In this document: piece by piece, positions 1-8,959 of the stretch | Layout of the letters: each line of letters opens with the position of its first letter | Position numbering within the stretch: position 1 is the first letter of the stretch | Assembly (NCBI GenBank): GCA_965203175.1 | Contig: OZ241867.1 | Span: 3,744,001-3,808,000 of the forward strand | Length of the DNA: 64,000 nucleotides | DNA from: Candidatus Latescibacterota bacterium | Lineage (GTDB): Bacteria > Latescibacterota > UBA2968 > UBA8231 | Reading direction: 5' to 3' | Program-made: the position numbers and the translations under genes | The notes under the pieces: model-generated | The model's input: the letters and a program-made list of their open reading frames with translations, nothing else | Told to the model about the DNA's origin: nothing | The model's database searches: none

Positions 1-1569
1 GTAGCCGACTTGAAAAGGCTCGTCTGGAACCTCCTGCATGAACTTGGGAAAGAGCGCGTTGACAAAGGCAACGGGCTGGACAAGGGTGCGGAAATTTTCG
101 CCCATGACGAGGGAGCCGAGTCGCTGGGTGGACGAGGCGTCGAGGACCTCGCCGTCGTCGCAAAAGGGCCGGGACTCGCGCTCGTGCGCGGCATTGGCTT
201 CCGCAATGGCGTCGCGCACGCGGGCGAAGACGGTGACGTCGGCTGCGCGGAACGAGTAGATCGACTGCTTGGGATCGCCGACGATGAATAGTTTGTCGCC
301 GGCCATTTGCCCGTCCGGTGACGCCAGCGAGCGGATGATTTTCCACTGCAAGGGGTCGGTGTCTTGGAATTCGTCGATCAGTGCGAAGCGATAGTGTTGG
401 GCCAAGCGGTGGCGGATGTCCGCGTCGCCGTCGATGAGCTGGTGGGTTTTCTCTAGCAGGTCGTCCATGTCCAGCATACTGCCGTTGCCTTTGCTGTTCT
501 CATAGCGCGCATCGACCCTGAAGAAGACGTGCGACAGGGCGGGCAGCACTGCGGCGGCGTGCTCGTCGGCCGCAGTGAGTTCAAGGCTGAGGAGGTCGGC
601 GTGCGGGGCCAAGCAGCGTCCCAAGGCGGGCACGAGTTCGCGGACGCGGGAGAGTGTGGTTTCCTCCCAATTGGATTTTTTACCTAGCCGGCTGCCGCTT
701 AGGGGTTTGCCATTGGTCAAAAGTCCCTCGGCTAGGCGCGGGAGATTTTCTATCGCCTCGTCGAGCGAAGGCGCTTGGCTCAGCCGGCGCATGAAATCGC
801 GGAGCGGGTTTAGTCGCTCGACGGCCGAGTCGCTCTCGTCGGTTAGGGGCGAGAGCGCGGCAAGCTCTGCGAGCATGTCGATGAAGTGGGTGTCATCGAG
901 CAGGGCGCGGCACGCGGGAGCGCTGGCCGTTTGCTGCATCTCGCGCCAGTCGCTGAGGATTTGGTCGGGCGACTGCTCGGCGTAGCGGCGGCACCACGTG
1001 CGGGCGAGATGCTTTTTTTCGAGCAGGTATTCCAAGACCTGTTCGAGATAGCGGCGCGGCCATTCGGCCAAGGTGCGCCGCAGAGCTTCTTTGTCCGGGT
1101 CGGTGTCGCGCACGCGGGCCAGGGACTCTAGAGTTTGGCGCACGGCTTGGTGCCGAAGCTGCGCGGCATCCATTCCCTCTAAGACCGCGAAGGCCGGGTC
1201 CACATCCGCTTCCATGGGATACTCGCGCAACAGAGATGCGCAGAAGGCGTGGATGGTGGAAATGCGCGCGGCGGGCAGGTCTTCGCGAATTTGCCGCAGG
1301 CGCTGCCGCTCTGGCTCGGGTAGCTCCTGGTCGAGGGCGTCTGCCAGCCGCCGGGCGATACGCTCGCGCATTTCAGCCGCGGCCTTTTGGGTAAACGTGA
1401 TGGCCAGCACTTGGCGCACGCCGATCGCGGGATGCTGGCGCAACAGCTCGATGTAGCGCTCGACTAGCGTTGCGGTCTTGCCGGCACCGGCGCTAGCCGT
1501 GACCGCGATATTGCGCTGGCTGTCGAGGGCCATGCGCTGGACGGGTGTCAGGGGGACGGCGCGCTTCAC
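1..1569 (-). CDS. addA: AddA/UvrD-family ATP-dependent helicase (5' part; runs off the window)
   Basis: Not in the ORF track; read manually. GTG at 1569 overlaps the addB stop (GTGA) and gives MKRAVPLTPVQRMALDSQRNIAVTASAGAGKT (Walker A), then ITFTQKAAAEMRER, ISTIHAFC and LIDEFQDTD, which are UvrD/AddA motifs. Confidence 0.9.
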   Translation of the reverse strand, partial: MKRAVPLTPVQRMALDSQRNIAVTASAGAGKTATLVERYIELLRQHPAIGVRQVLAITFTQKAAAEMRERIARRLADALDQELPEPERQRLRQIREDLPAARISTIHAFCASLLREYPMEADVDPAFAVLEGMDAAQLRHQAVRQTLESLARVRDTDPDKEALRRTLAEWPRRYLEQVLEYLLEKKHLARTWCRRYAEQSPDQILSDWREMQQTASAPACRALLDDTHFIDMLAELAALSPLTDESDSAVERLNPLRDFMRRLSQAPSLDEAIENLPRLAEGLLTNGKPLSGSRLGKKSNWEETTLSRVRELVPALGRCLAPHADLLSLELTAADEHAAAVLPALSHVFFRVDARYENSKGNGSMLDMDDLLEKTHQLIDGDADIRHRLAQHYRFALIDEFQDTDPLQWKIIRSLASPDGQMAGDKLFIVGDPKQSIYSFRAADVTVFARVRDAIAEANAAHERESRPFCDDGEVLDASSTQRLGSLVMGENFRTLVQPVAFVNALFPKFMQEVPDEPFQVGY

Positions 1570-4500
1570 GACAAGGCTCGCATGCGCTGGGGATCGAGAC
1601 GGCAGCTTTGTTGATAAGGACAATGCGGGCAGATTTTGGCTGGGTCGTGGGTAGTGACGCGGAATATCCCACGGCGCATGGCTCGCGTGTACGAGAGGAC
1701 GAAACCGCGCACGGCATCGAGGCGCTGGCGATATGCCTCGTGGTCGTACATGCCATAGCGGCCGCTGGCGACATAGGCTGTATTGCGATGTGCGGCATCG
1801 GCGAATAGCCCGCTGCGGCCGCAGTCCTCTAGGTCGCGGAGCATCAGGTACGCCGCCCCAGCTCCTTCGCGCAGCCCGATTCTCTCGAACAGGGATTCGG
1901 CCGCTAGCAAGTAAAGTGGGAGTTGGAGGTTGAGGCCGGTGTCAATATCGGCTACCGAGGGCATGCGGCCGGTCTTGTAGTCGAAGACGACGAAGTGGCC
2001 GTCGGCTGTGCGGTCGATGCGGTCGATTTTGCCGGAGAGTCGCACCTCATCTCCAGTCTCTGGGTCGTCGATAGCATAGGGGGTGGTAGTCGATTGCCGG
2101 TCGCGCTCCCCCATGCCGGGATAGCTGCCAAAGCTCAGTTCGAAATGGGTCGGCACGGCCGGGTTGGCCGCGGCTGCTTGCAGGCGAAGGAAGCGAGGCA
2201 ATATGCCCTCGCGTTCCTCGTCGTCAGAGCCGAGTAGGTGCTCCAATTCCCGATCCCAGAAAAAGCCCGTAAGCCCCATTTCGTCGGCGACTTTGTGGCC
2301 GAGGTGCCGCAGATCCGCGATGTTTGTCGCCAAGTTTTCCGCGCGTTCGGCCGCTTCTCCGTGGGCCGTATAGAAACAATAGAGGATGCGGTGAACTAGG
2401 TTGCCGCGCTTGCGCGCTGAGTCATCGTCTTCCGGGTCGCGGAGGGGCTGGAGATTGAGCAGTTCTTGGGAAAAAAACCGGAAGGGACAGCGGCCATAGA
2501 GTTCCAGTTGGGTTGCGGAGAAAGAATGGCCCGCGCCGAGGCGGTTGCGCAGCTTGTCGAGTAGCGGTTCCTCGTCGAGTACGCCTTCGTGGCTGCCGAG
2601 ACTCTTGGAGATCGTGCGCAACTCGGCGATGTGCAAGCCGCGCACGAGGTGGTGCAACGCAGTGGCGTGGCCGTCGAGCTGTGCGGCCTGGTTGTAGAGT
2701 GCGAGGGCGTCGCGTGCAGGGTCGGAGTCGCGCGGCGTGCATAGGCCTCGGCCCAATTTGAGGTACAATTCGGCAAGAGTGTGTACATCATCAGTCTCGC
2801 GTACCTCAGGCTGCGGGGCGAGTACGCTGTCTAACTCGTCGACAAAGGGCGAGGGAGCGAGCGTCTCGCTGCCCGATTGTTTGGGGTAGAAGACGCCGAG
2901 GCCGCGGCGCGGTGCGCATATGGCGCGGTAGAACAACAAGCGCTCGGCCTCGGTGGTGGCGTCCTCGTCCAAGTTCAGGGCGCGGCGCTGGGTTTCTTCG
3001 AGGAAAATATCGGCTGGCGGCAGGCGAGGGAACTCGCCTTGCACTAGTCCACCGAGGAAGAGGTACTCGCAGGGCGCGCTGCCCGCTGCGGCGAGGTCGG
3101 TCACTTGAATGCCAGCGCGCGTTGCAGCGGGGACGTGCGCTTGAGAGATGGCGTCGCGCAGCAGGTCGGCGAACTGGCTCAGAGTGCGGGACTGGAGGGC
3201 TGCGGCCGGTGCGCACAATTCGTCAAGTAGCTCCAAAAAGCGCGATAGTGCTCGGCCGTCTTCTGCCGCTCCATCCACGAGCGCATCCTCTACGCCCAAC
3301 GCGCTGAGGGCGTGGAGCAGATGGTGGCGGAAGGAGGGCAGGTCCTGGCGGCTTTCCAAGGGCTGGAGTAGGTCAAAGAGCGCGGTTAGGCTGGCTCGTA
3401 GAGGTTGGAGGGCCTCCAATTCGGCGCGTAGGTCCTCGCGCCGAGTAGGAAAATCGTCGATGTCTTCGGAGAACGGTTCTCCTTCTCGACTTAGTTCGCT
3501 CTCTAAATAGTCGAAGTTGCTTTCGATGGCTGCGAGCCATGTGTCGCGTCCGGTCGATGACGGAACGTTGCGGGTCCACGCGGCGAAGTCCTCGGCAGCA
3601 AGCGTGCTGGTCTGGTCTGAGAATGAATAGCGCAGCCGCACCAAGGGCGAGCTGAGTAGACGGAAGAGCGCAGCGCGGCTGTAGCGCTCTAGCACCGCGT
3701 CGATGAGCGCGAAGACGGTGTTCATTGCGGGCGCAGAGGAAAGGGGCCGCCCGCGCGCGAGGTAAAAAGGCAGGCCGTGTCGCGGCAGCACTTCCGCCAC
3801 GAGCTCGGCATAGGTGTCGAGGTTGCGGAAGCTAATGCGAATCTGCGCTAGCTGGACCCCTTGCTCCTGATGCAACTGACGGATGCGGCAGGCTATCGCC
3901 GCGACTTCACCGAGTCGGTCCGGGCAGGCGACCCGCTCTACGGGCGCGTCGAGGCTATCGCGACTGTGAGTAAAGAGGCGGCCGGCAAACGCAGCGGCTG
4001 GGTATTGACCGGCGGCGCTGCGTTCGACGTGGACGGCGCGGGCGCGGAGAAATTCGTACAGGGGCCGCGTGCGGGCAAAAAAACCGGGACCCTCGGGATC
4101 GTAGTCGAGCAACGCGATGGATTCTGGAACGAGGGCTAGCAGCTTGTCCAACACAGGCAAAAAAGGCGCGGGTGCGTCCACAAAGCCGCAGAACACGAGC
4201 AAGCTGAGATCGGGGAAGCGCTGTGCGATCACCGAGTGATCAAGGTGGGCATCCACGGTGGTAAAACGCTCGCGGTTTCCGCTCCAGCTAGCTGCAAGAC
4301 GCTCTAGGTAGGCCGCATAAAGGGTCTGTAATTCTGCGCTGCGCTGGGTTGTTCCACCCAGATCGCTCGGCTGGGTGCCTGTCTCCTCTAACCGGCGAAA
4401 CAACTGAGTCAGCTCTCTGCTCAGCCGCTCGGGGCGCTGGCTGTAGTAGGGTGCGCTGGGCGCGCTGGCTGCGAGGGCGTCTTCGACTAGGAGCCGCTGC

Positions 4501-4772
4501 GCACTGAGGGGTAGGGCTGGTTGCTGGCCGGGACAGAGGCTGTAGAGGATGTTGGTGAAACTGTTTAGGTCGAGGGCCAAGTGTCCGGTGAGTAGGTGGG
4601 TACGGCTGGCGTGGATGAGTTGCCGCCGCATGAGCTGGGCTTGGAAGTGCGTTGGAAAGAGCCAGAGGAAGGACTCGCCAGCGCCCGCGTCGAGGTGCGC
4701 CAAGCAGCGCTCGTACGCGGGCGACGCCTTGTCGGGATGGGCCGGGCCGTAGATGAGGGTCAGTTCGCCCAT
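1566..4772 (-). CDS. addB: AddB/RexB-like subunit, PD-(D/E)XK nuclease with Fe-S cysteines
   Basis: FSATQLELYGRCPFRFF, GKIDRID..VFDYKTG, LQLPLY and CPHCPYQQSC; translationally coupled to addA. Confidence 0.88.
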   Translation of the reverse strand: MGELTLIYGPAHPDKASPAYERCLAHLDAGAGESFLWLFPTHFQAQLMRRQLIHASRTHLLTGHLALDLNSFTNILYSLCPGQQPALPLSAQRLLVEDALAASAPSAPYYSQRPERLSRELTQLFRRLEETGTQPSDLGGTTQRSAELQTLYAAYLERLAASWSGNRERFTTVDAHLDHSVIAQRFPDLSLLVFCGFVDAPAPFLPVLDKLLALVPESIALLDYDPEGPGFFARTRPLYEFLRARAVHVERSAAGQYPAAAFAGRLFTHSRDSLDAPVERVACPDRLGEVAAIACRIRQLHQEQGVQLAQIRISFRNLDTYAELVAEVLPRHGLPFYLARGRPLSSAPAMNTVFALIDAVLERYSRAALFRLLSSPLVRLRYSFSDQTSTLAAEDFAAWTRNVPSSTGRDTWLAAIESNFDYLESELSREGEPFSEDIDDFPTRREDLRAELEALQPLRASLTALFDLLQPLESRQDLPSFRHHLLHALSALGVEDALVDGAAEDGRALSRFLELLDELCAPAAALQSRTLSQFADLLRDAISQAHVPAATRAGIQVTDLAAAGSAPCEYLFLGGLVQGEFPRLPPADIFLEETQRRALNLDEDATTEAERLLFYRAICAPRRGLGVFYPKQSGSETLAPSPFVDELDSVLAPQPEVRETDDVHTLAELYLKLGRGLCTPRDSDPARDALALYNQAAQLDGHATALHHLVRGLHIAELRTISKSLGSHEGVLDEEPLLDKLRNRLGAGHSFSATQLELYGRCPFRFFSQELLNLQPLRDPEDDDSARKRGNLVHRILYCFYTAHGEAAERAENLATNIADLRHLGHKVADEMGLTGFFWDRELEHLLGSDDEEREGILPRFLRLQAAAANPAVPTHFELSFGSYPGMGERDRQSTTTPYAIDDPETGDEVRLSGKIDRIDRTADGHFVVFDYKTGRMPSVADIDTGLNLQLPLYLLAAESLFERIGLREGAGAAYLMLRDLEDCGRSGLFADAAHRNTAYVASGRYGMYDHEAYRQRLDAVRGFVLSYTRAMRRGIFRVTTHDPAKICPHCPYQQSCRLDPQRMRALS

Positions 4773-4811
4773 TAGTAGCAGGTTGAAAGTGGCGTGAAGG
4801 GGTGCGTTGGC

Positions 4812-4891
4812 AACGTATCGCCGAGGGAAAACACTGTCAAGATGCGCGCTGCGCTGCGCGTTGACATAGAACGGGGCAGGTCGCTTTTTAT
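4812..4891. promoter_or_regulatory. Back-to-back sigma70-like promoters
   Basis: Minus strand TTGACA (4840-4835), 17 nt, TACGTT toward addB. Plus strand TTGACA at 4861-4866 toward the 4933 ORF, with a weaker -10. Confidence 0.5.
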
Positions 4892-4932
4892 GCCACGCGG
4901 CACGACCGCGCTTTTTATCGGTGGAATTCGCT

Positions 4933-5943
4933 ATGAAAAAATGGACCGTTGCATTCCTTTTGTGGTGTAGTTGCGCGCCCCTGACCTCTCCTGCGGGAGG
5001 TCCGGAGGACTGGCAGAAATCCGAGCCTCCCCCTCCACCGCCGAGTGCGCTAGAGCAGTACTTGGAGGCGCGTCAGCGCTATGGCTCTGGCCCTCGGCCC
5101 GACTTTGTGGCCGTGGTGCCGTTTGTCGATAAATCGGGGTTTCGCGAGGGCGTGTGGAACGTCGAATACGAGCTGGCCAATATGGTCAGCGCGGAGCTAG
5201 TGGTCATTCGCAATTGGAAGGTCGTTCCTTTTGACGCAGTTGCCGAGTTGGCGCTGGAGTGGGGATTTGCCGACCACGAGAAGGCCCTCGCGATCGGCCG
5301 CGAGTTGGGGGCTGATTTTGTAATCGTGGGCCTGTTGCAGGATTACGACATGCGCCGCCTGTCGGTGGGGGATCCCTTGGTAGGAGGCTACAAATCCTAT
5401 TCGGCCGTGGCGCAGATGAGCGTCGAGATTGCGCGGGTTGACGACGGCAGCGCGATTGGTAAGGCAGAGGTTAAGCGCGATCTCACCGACCGCGACGTGG
5501 GACTCGACTTGTTGGGCAAGCCGCGCGAGCAGGATCTGCAATTTGCCAGCTTGAAGGAGCTAGAGTTTGGCTCGGAGGAGTTCCGCGAGACCCTGTTGGG
5601 CAAGGCGACGATAGAGGCCGTGGGTGAATTGGTGCACAAGGTAGCTGCTGCGTTCGAGCCGGAGGGCTTGGTTTTCGAGGGCGATGCGCCCGAGGTCATC
5701 GCCGTGTACAGCGAGGACATTTACGCCAACATCGGCAGCGAGCACGGCGTGCGGCCTCGGTTGCGCTTTTTCGTCTATCCTGGCAACGAGCGGATAAAGG
5801 CCGAGGGGCTGGCTCCCGATGAGTCGGTTGCCCTCGTCGAAGTTGCCGAGATCATTAGCACCCGGCTCGCCAGCTTGCGAGTGCTCCGCACAACCGGGGA
5901 GATCAAGGCGGGCGACCGGCTCGAGTTAGCAGAAGGAGAATAG
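4933..5943 (+). CDS. Putative exported/lipoprotein with CsgG/FlgT-like domains
   Basis: Signal peptide with Cys (MKKWTVAFLLWCSC), Pro-rich linker, VAVVPFVDKSG...ALAIGRELGADFVIVG (CsgG/TolB-N-like) and a C-terminal IYANIGSEHGV...IKAGDRL (FlgT-C-like). Confidence 0.55.
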   Translation: MKKWTVAFLLWCSCAPLTSPAGGPEDWQKSEPPPPPPSALEQYLEARQRYGSGPRPDFVAVVPFVDKSGFREGVWNVEYELANMVSAELVVIRNWKVVPFDAVAELALEWGFADHEKALAIGRELGADFVIVGLLQDYDMRRLSVGDPLVGGYKSYSAVAQMSVEIARVDDGSAIGKAEVKRDLTDRDVGLDLLGKPREQDLQFASLKELEFGSEEFRETLLGKATIEAVGELVHKVAAAFEPEGLVFEGDAPEVIAVYSEDIYANIGSEHGVRPRLRFFVYPGNERIKAEGLAPDESVALVEVAEIISTRLASLRVLRTTGEIKAGDRLELAEGE

Positions 5944-5945
5944 CG

Positions 5946-6980
5946 ATGCAGGGAGTGGTCAAATACCAGCGGGGCGATGGATTTGTCGAGTTGCGCGACT
6001 TAGCGGATGCGCCGCCCGGCCCCAATCAGGTGAAGGTCGAAGTGCAGGCCACTGGGATTTGCGGATCGGATCTACACGTGTACCGCGATACTATCAACTA
6101 CAATATCCAGACTCCGGTCGTCATGGGACACGAGTTCAGCGGCGTGGTAGTGGAAAAGGGCGCGGAGGTTGGCGACTACGTGCAGGTGGGCGACCGCGTG
6201 ACGGGCGAGCCGAGTGTGTACATCTGCGGCGACTGCGACTACTGCTTGAGCGAGCACTACAACCTCTGCCCCGAGCGCAAGGTCATGGGCTACTGGCACC
6301 ACGGCTGCTTTGCGCCCTATTGCAATGCGACGTTCGTCCACAAGCTGCCCGAGGGTGTGGGGTTTGAAGCCGGTGCCCTGACCGAGCTGTTGGCCTGCTG
6401 CGTGCATTCGGTCATTGAGCAGGCTGGAGTGACCGCTGGGGACTTTGTTGCCATTACTGGGCCTGGACCGGTGGGGTTATTCTCGGCGCTGGTGGCGCTG
6501 GCCGAGGGGGGGACGGTGATTCTCTGCGGCACGGAGCGGGATACTGAGCGGCTGAAGTTGGCCGAGGACCTGGGCGTGCAACACACAATCGATATTACGG
6601 CCTGCGATCCGGTGGCGCGGGTGCGCGAGTTGACCGGCGGCTATGGTGCCGACGTGGTGGTCGAGTGCGCGGGGGTGGCACCGGCTATGCGGTTGGCCTT
6701 GGAACTTGTGCGCAAGCGGGGCCGCTTTTCTCAGATGGGGCTGCCGGGTGAGCCGGTGGAGATCGACTTTGAGAAGATCGCCTATAATGAGCTCCAGGTC
6801 TCCGGCGGCATTGGTCAGCGGCGACCGGCTTGGAAGCGGGCGCTGCGGCTGATCGAGCGGGGTTTTATTCCCAGCGAGAAGCTGATTACCCACTACTTTG
6901 CCCTGAGCGAATGGCAGCGGGCTTTTGATATGGCCGAGGGGCAGGAGGGGATTAAGCTGATGTTTACGCCGCAGGGGTGA
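5946..6980 (+). CDS. Zn-dependent medium-chain (sorbitol/threonine-like) dehydrogenase
   Basis: GICGSDLH, GHEFSG, CGDCDYC..NLC and GPGPVG motifs. Confidence 0.92.
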   Translation: MQGVVKYQRGDGFVELRDLADAPPGPNQVKVEVQATGICGSDLHVYRDTINYNIQTPVVMGHEFSGVVVEKGAEVGDYVQVGDRVTGEPSVYICGDCDYCLSEHYNLCPERKVMGYWHHGCFAPYCNATFVHKLPEGVGFEAGALTELLACCVHSVIEQAGVTAGDFVAITGPGPVGLFSALVALAEGGTVILCGTERDTERLKLAEDLGVQHTIDITACDPVARVRELTGGYGADVVVECAGVAPAMRLALELVRKRGRFSQMGLPGEPVEIDFEKIAYNELQVSGGIGQRRPAWKRALRLIERGFIPSEKLITHYFALSEWQRAFDMAEGQEGIKLMFTPQG

Positions 6981-7109
6981 GTGGGAAGGGACGCTGGAAT
7001 GCGATATGGAAGTTGAGTTGCCGACATTGGATTGGGTGAGGTTTGGAATATAGCAAATGGCAATACGCCTATAGCTTGGTGCGCTGGAAATTGCTAAAGG
7101 GAAGCAATA

Positions 7110-8867
7110 ATGCCCTGGAATAGCGATAGCTTGTTGCAGCAACTCGAACTTGGTGAGGATAGCCGCGTCGAGTTCAAGGAAGCCGTATTTAGCGGCAACC
7201 GCGTCCGTGCGCCTCATCGGGACGCTATCGCCGACGAGTTGGCTGCTTTTGGCAATACCATCGGCGGCACATTGATCTTCAGTGTGTCCGACGCTGGTGA
7301 GGTGCGGTCGATGAACCGCGAACAGATGGATGCGCTGGAAACCTTCGTCGGCGAGGTTTGTTCGGACAGCATTCGTCCCCCGTTGGCATTTGTCACCCAA
7401 CGGTTGGCTCTGCCGGACGGTTCGTTTGTGCTAGTAGTCGAAGTCGAACAGAGCGCACTGGTCCACAGGAGTCCCGGAGGATACCTTTCCCGGCAAGGCA
7501 GTGCCAAGCGAGAGATGTCGTCGGAAGCATTAAACCGTCTGTTTCAGCAGCGGGGACGTTCTGGCCTACTTGGTCCTGACGAAGTAATCGTTGCCGGAAC
7601 TGGATCCAACACGCTCGACGAGACTCTAGCGGATCGTTTTCTGAGTTCGCGCGCCACCGAGCCCACAACAGTCCAACTTACAAAGCTGGGGTTGGTGCGG
7701 GAGGATGACAGCGGCGTGATCCGCGCAACGGTCGCCGGAGTGCTACTTTGCTCCGCACGCCCGGATGAGTACATACGCGGCGCGGTGATAGAAGCTGTTC
7801 GCTATCGCGGCACGGTACTCGGCAGTGCGAGCCAGCACGATGCGGCGTCCATCACCGGCCCGTTGGATCAGCAGATCCGCGATGCCGTCAACTTCGCTAG
7901 ACTCAATACGCGGGTAGCGGCGCGCAAGGCCCCTGGGCGAGTGGAGACCCCGCAGTTTAGTCCGCGAGCAGTATTCGAGGCTATCGTCAACGCTGTGGTA
8001 CACCGCGACTACTCGATAGAGAACGCGAAGATACGGCTCTTCATTTTTGACGACCGCCTTGAGTTGTACTCGCCGGGTGCTCTGCCCAACACACTGCCCA
8101 TTGAGGCCATGCGCAACCGACAAGCCACCCGCAACGAAACGCTCGCGTCCATCCTCCGTATGCTCGCGGTCGGGGATATCGCTGGTGCGGGTGATCGGCA
8201 GTATTTCTTGGAGCAACGCGGCGAAGGGGTTCCGATCATCTACGAGCAGACCCAAGAGTTGACAGGACGCGATCCAGAATACGAACTGCTCGGCGGCGTG
8301 GAACTGCGGCTGACGATACCTTCCGCCCGTCCGCCGGTAACGGGTATCGAAGGAGAAGTGTTGGTATCCGCCGCTGGTCAGCCGCTTGTCGGTGCACAGG
8401 TAGTTGCGCTGTATCCCAATAAGACTTGGATGGAGGGGGAAACCGATACGTTTGGCCGGGTCGCCTTTGGGTTTCACTCGGAACTTCCCATCACCATTTT
8501 CTGCGCGGCACCGGGACACGCCGCCCACGTGGAACGGGATTGGCACCCGCCGGAACAGCTCTCTGTACAGCTTGAACCGCTGCCGCTAGGTGGCTCGGCG
8601 GTGTTCACAGAACGGACCGGTCATTTGCCCAATTTGACCGGGCGGCTAAACCCAATCCTCGACAATCGCGACCGCATGTACCTTTACGCGACGAACGTCG
8701 CCATTGATGACGGCAAGCAGCAACCCGTTCACTTCAGACTGAATCAGCCCTTGCGGCTCACGGATGTCAACGGGTTTGAATGGATTGTGCGGTTCATTGA
8801 GATGATCGGGAAGTCGGCGCTGTTGGAATACGAACCCCCGTCCCACAGACAGGGGAACGATGAATAG
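7110..8867 (+). CDS. Schlafen/AlbA_2 + HATPase_c_4 (RecG-C-like) protein with an extra C-terminal domain
   Basis: GEDSRVEFKE..ELAAFGNTIGGTLIFSVSD (AlbA_2); EAIVNAVVHRDYS..IFDDRLELYSPG..RNETLA..EQRGEGVP (HATPase_c_4). Confidence 0.8.
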   Translation: MPWNSDSLLQQLELGEDSRVEFKEAVFSGNRVRAPHRDAIADELAAFGNTIGGTLIFSVSDAGEVRSMNREQMDALETFVGEVCSDSIRPPLAFVTQRLALPDGSFVLVVEVEQSALVHRSPGGYLSRQGSAKREMSSEALNRLFQQRGRSGLLGPDEVIVAGTGSNTLDETLADRFLSSRATEPTTVQLTKLGLVREDDSGVIRATVAGVLLCSARPDEYIRGAVIEAVRYRGTVLGSASQHDAASITGPLDQQIRDAVNFARLNTRVAARKAPGRVETPQFSPRAVFEAIVNAVVHRDYSIENAKIRLFIFDDRLELYSPGALPNTLPIEAMRNRQATRNETLASILRMLAVGDIAGAGDRQYFLEQRGEGVPIIYEQTQELTGRDPEYELLGGVELRLTIPSARPPVTGIEGEVLVSAAGQPLVGAQVVALYPNKTWMEGETDTFGRVAFGFHSELPITIFCAAPGHAAHVERDWHPPEQLSVQLEPLPLGGSAVFTERTGHLPNLTGRLNPILDNRDRMYLYATNVAIDDGKQQPVHFRLNQPLRLTDVNGFEWIVRFIEMIGKSALLEYEPPSHRQGNDE

Positions 8868-8946
8868 GGATGAAGTTCTAAACGTGCTCCGAACGCACAA
8901 GGCGACCCTTGTGCAACGCTTTGGTGTCACTGAATCGGGAATGTAG
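8860..8946 (+). pseudogene. N-terminal stub of a minimal nucleotidyltransferase (MNT-type antitoxin)
   Basis: Reads MNRDEVLNVLRTHKATLVQRFGVTESGM*. It matches the typical MNT N-terminus but stops just before the expected LFGSxARG motif. Confidence 0.6.
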
Positions 8947-8959
8947 AAGGTGCATCGTT

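Noticed and set aside
5025-5045. C-rich run as a phase-variable tract
   Set aside because: It encodes a poly-proline linker with mixed codons, not a homopolymer.
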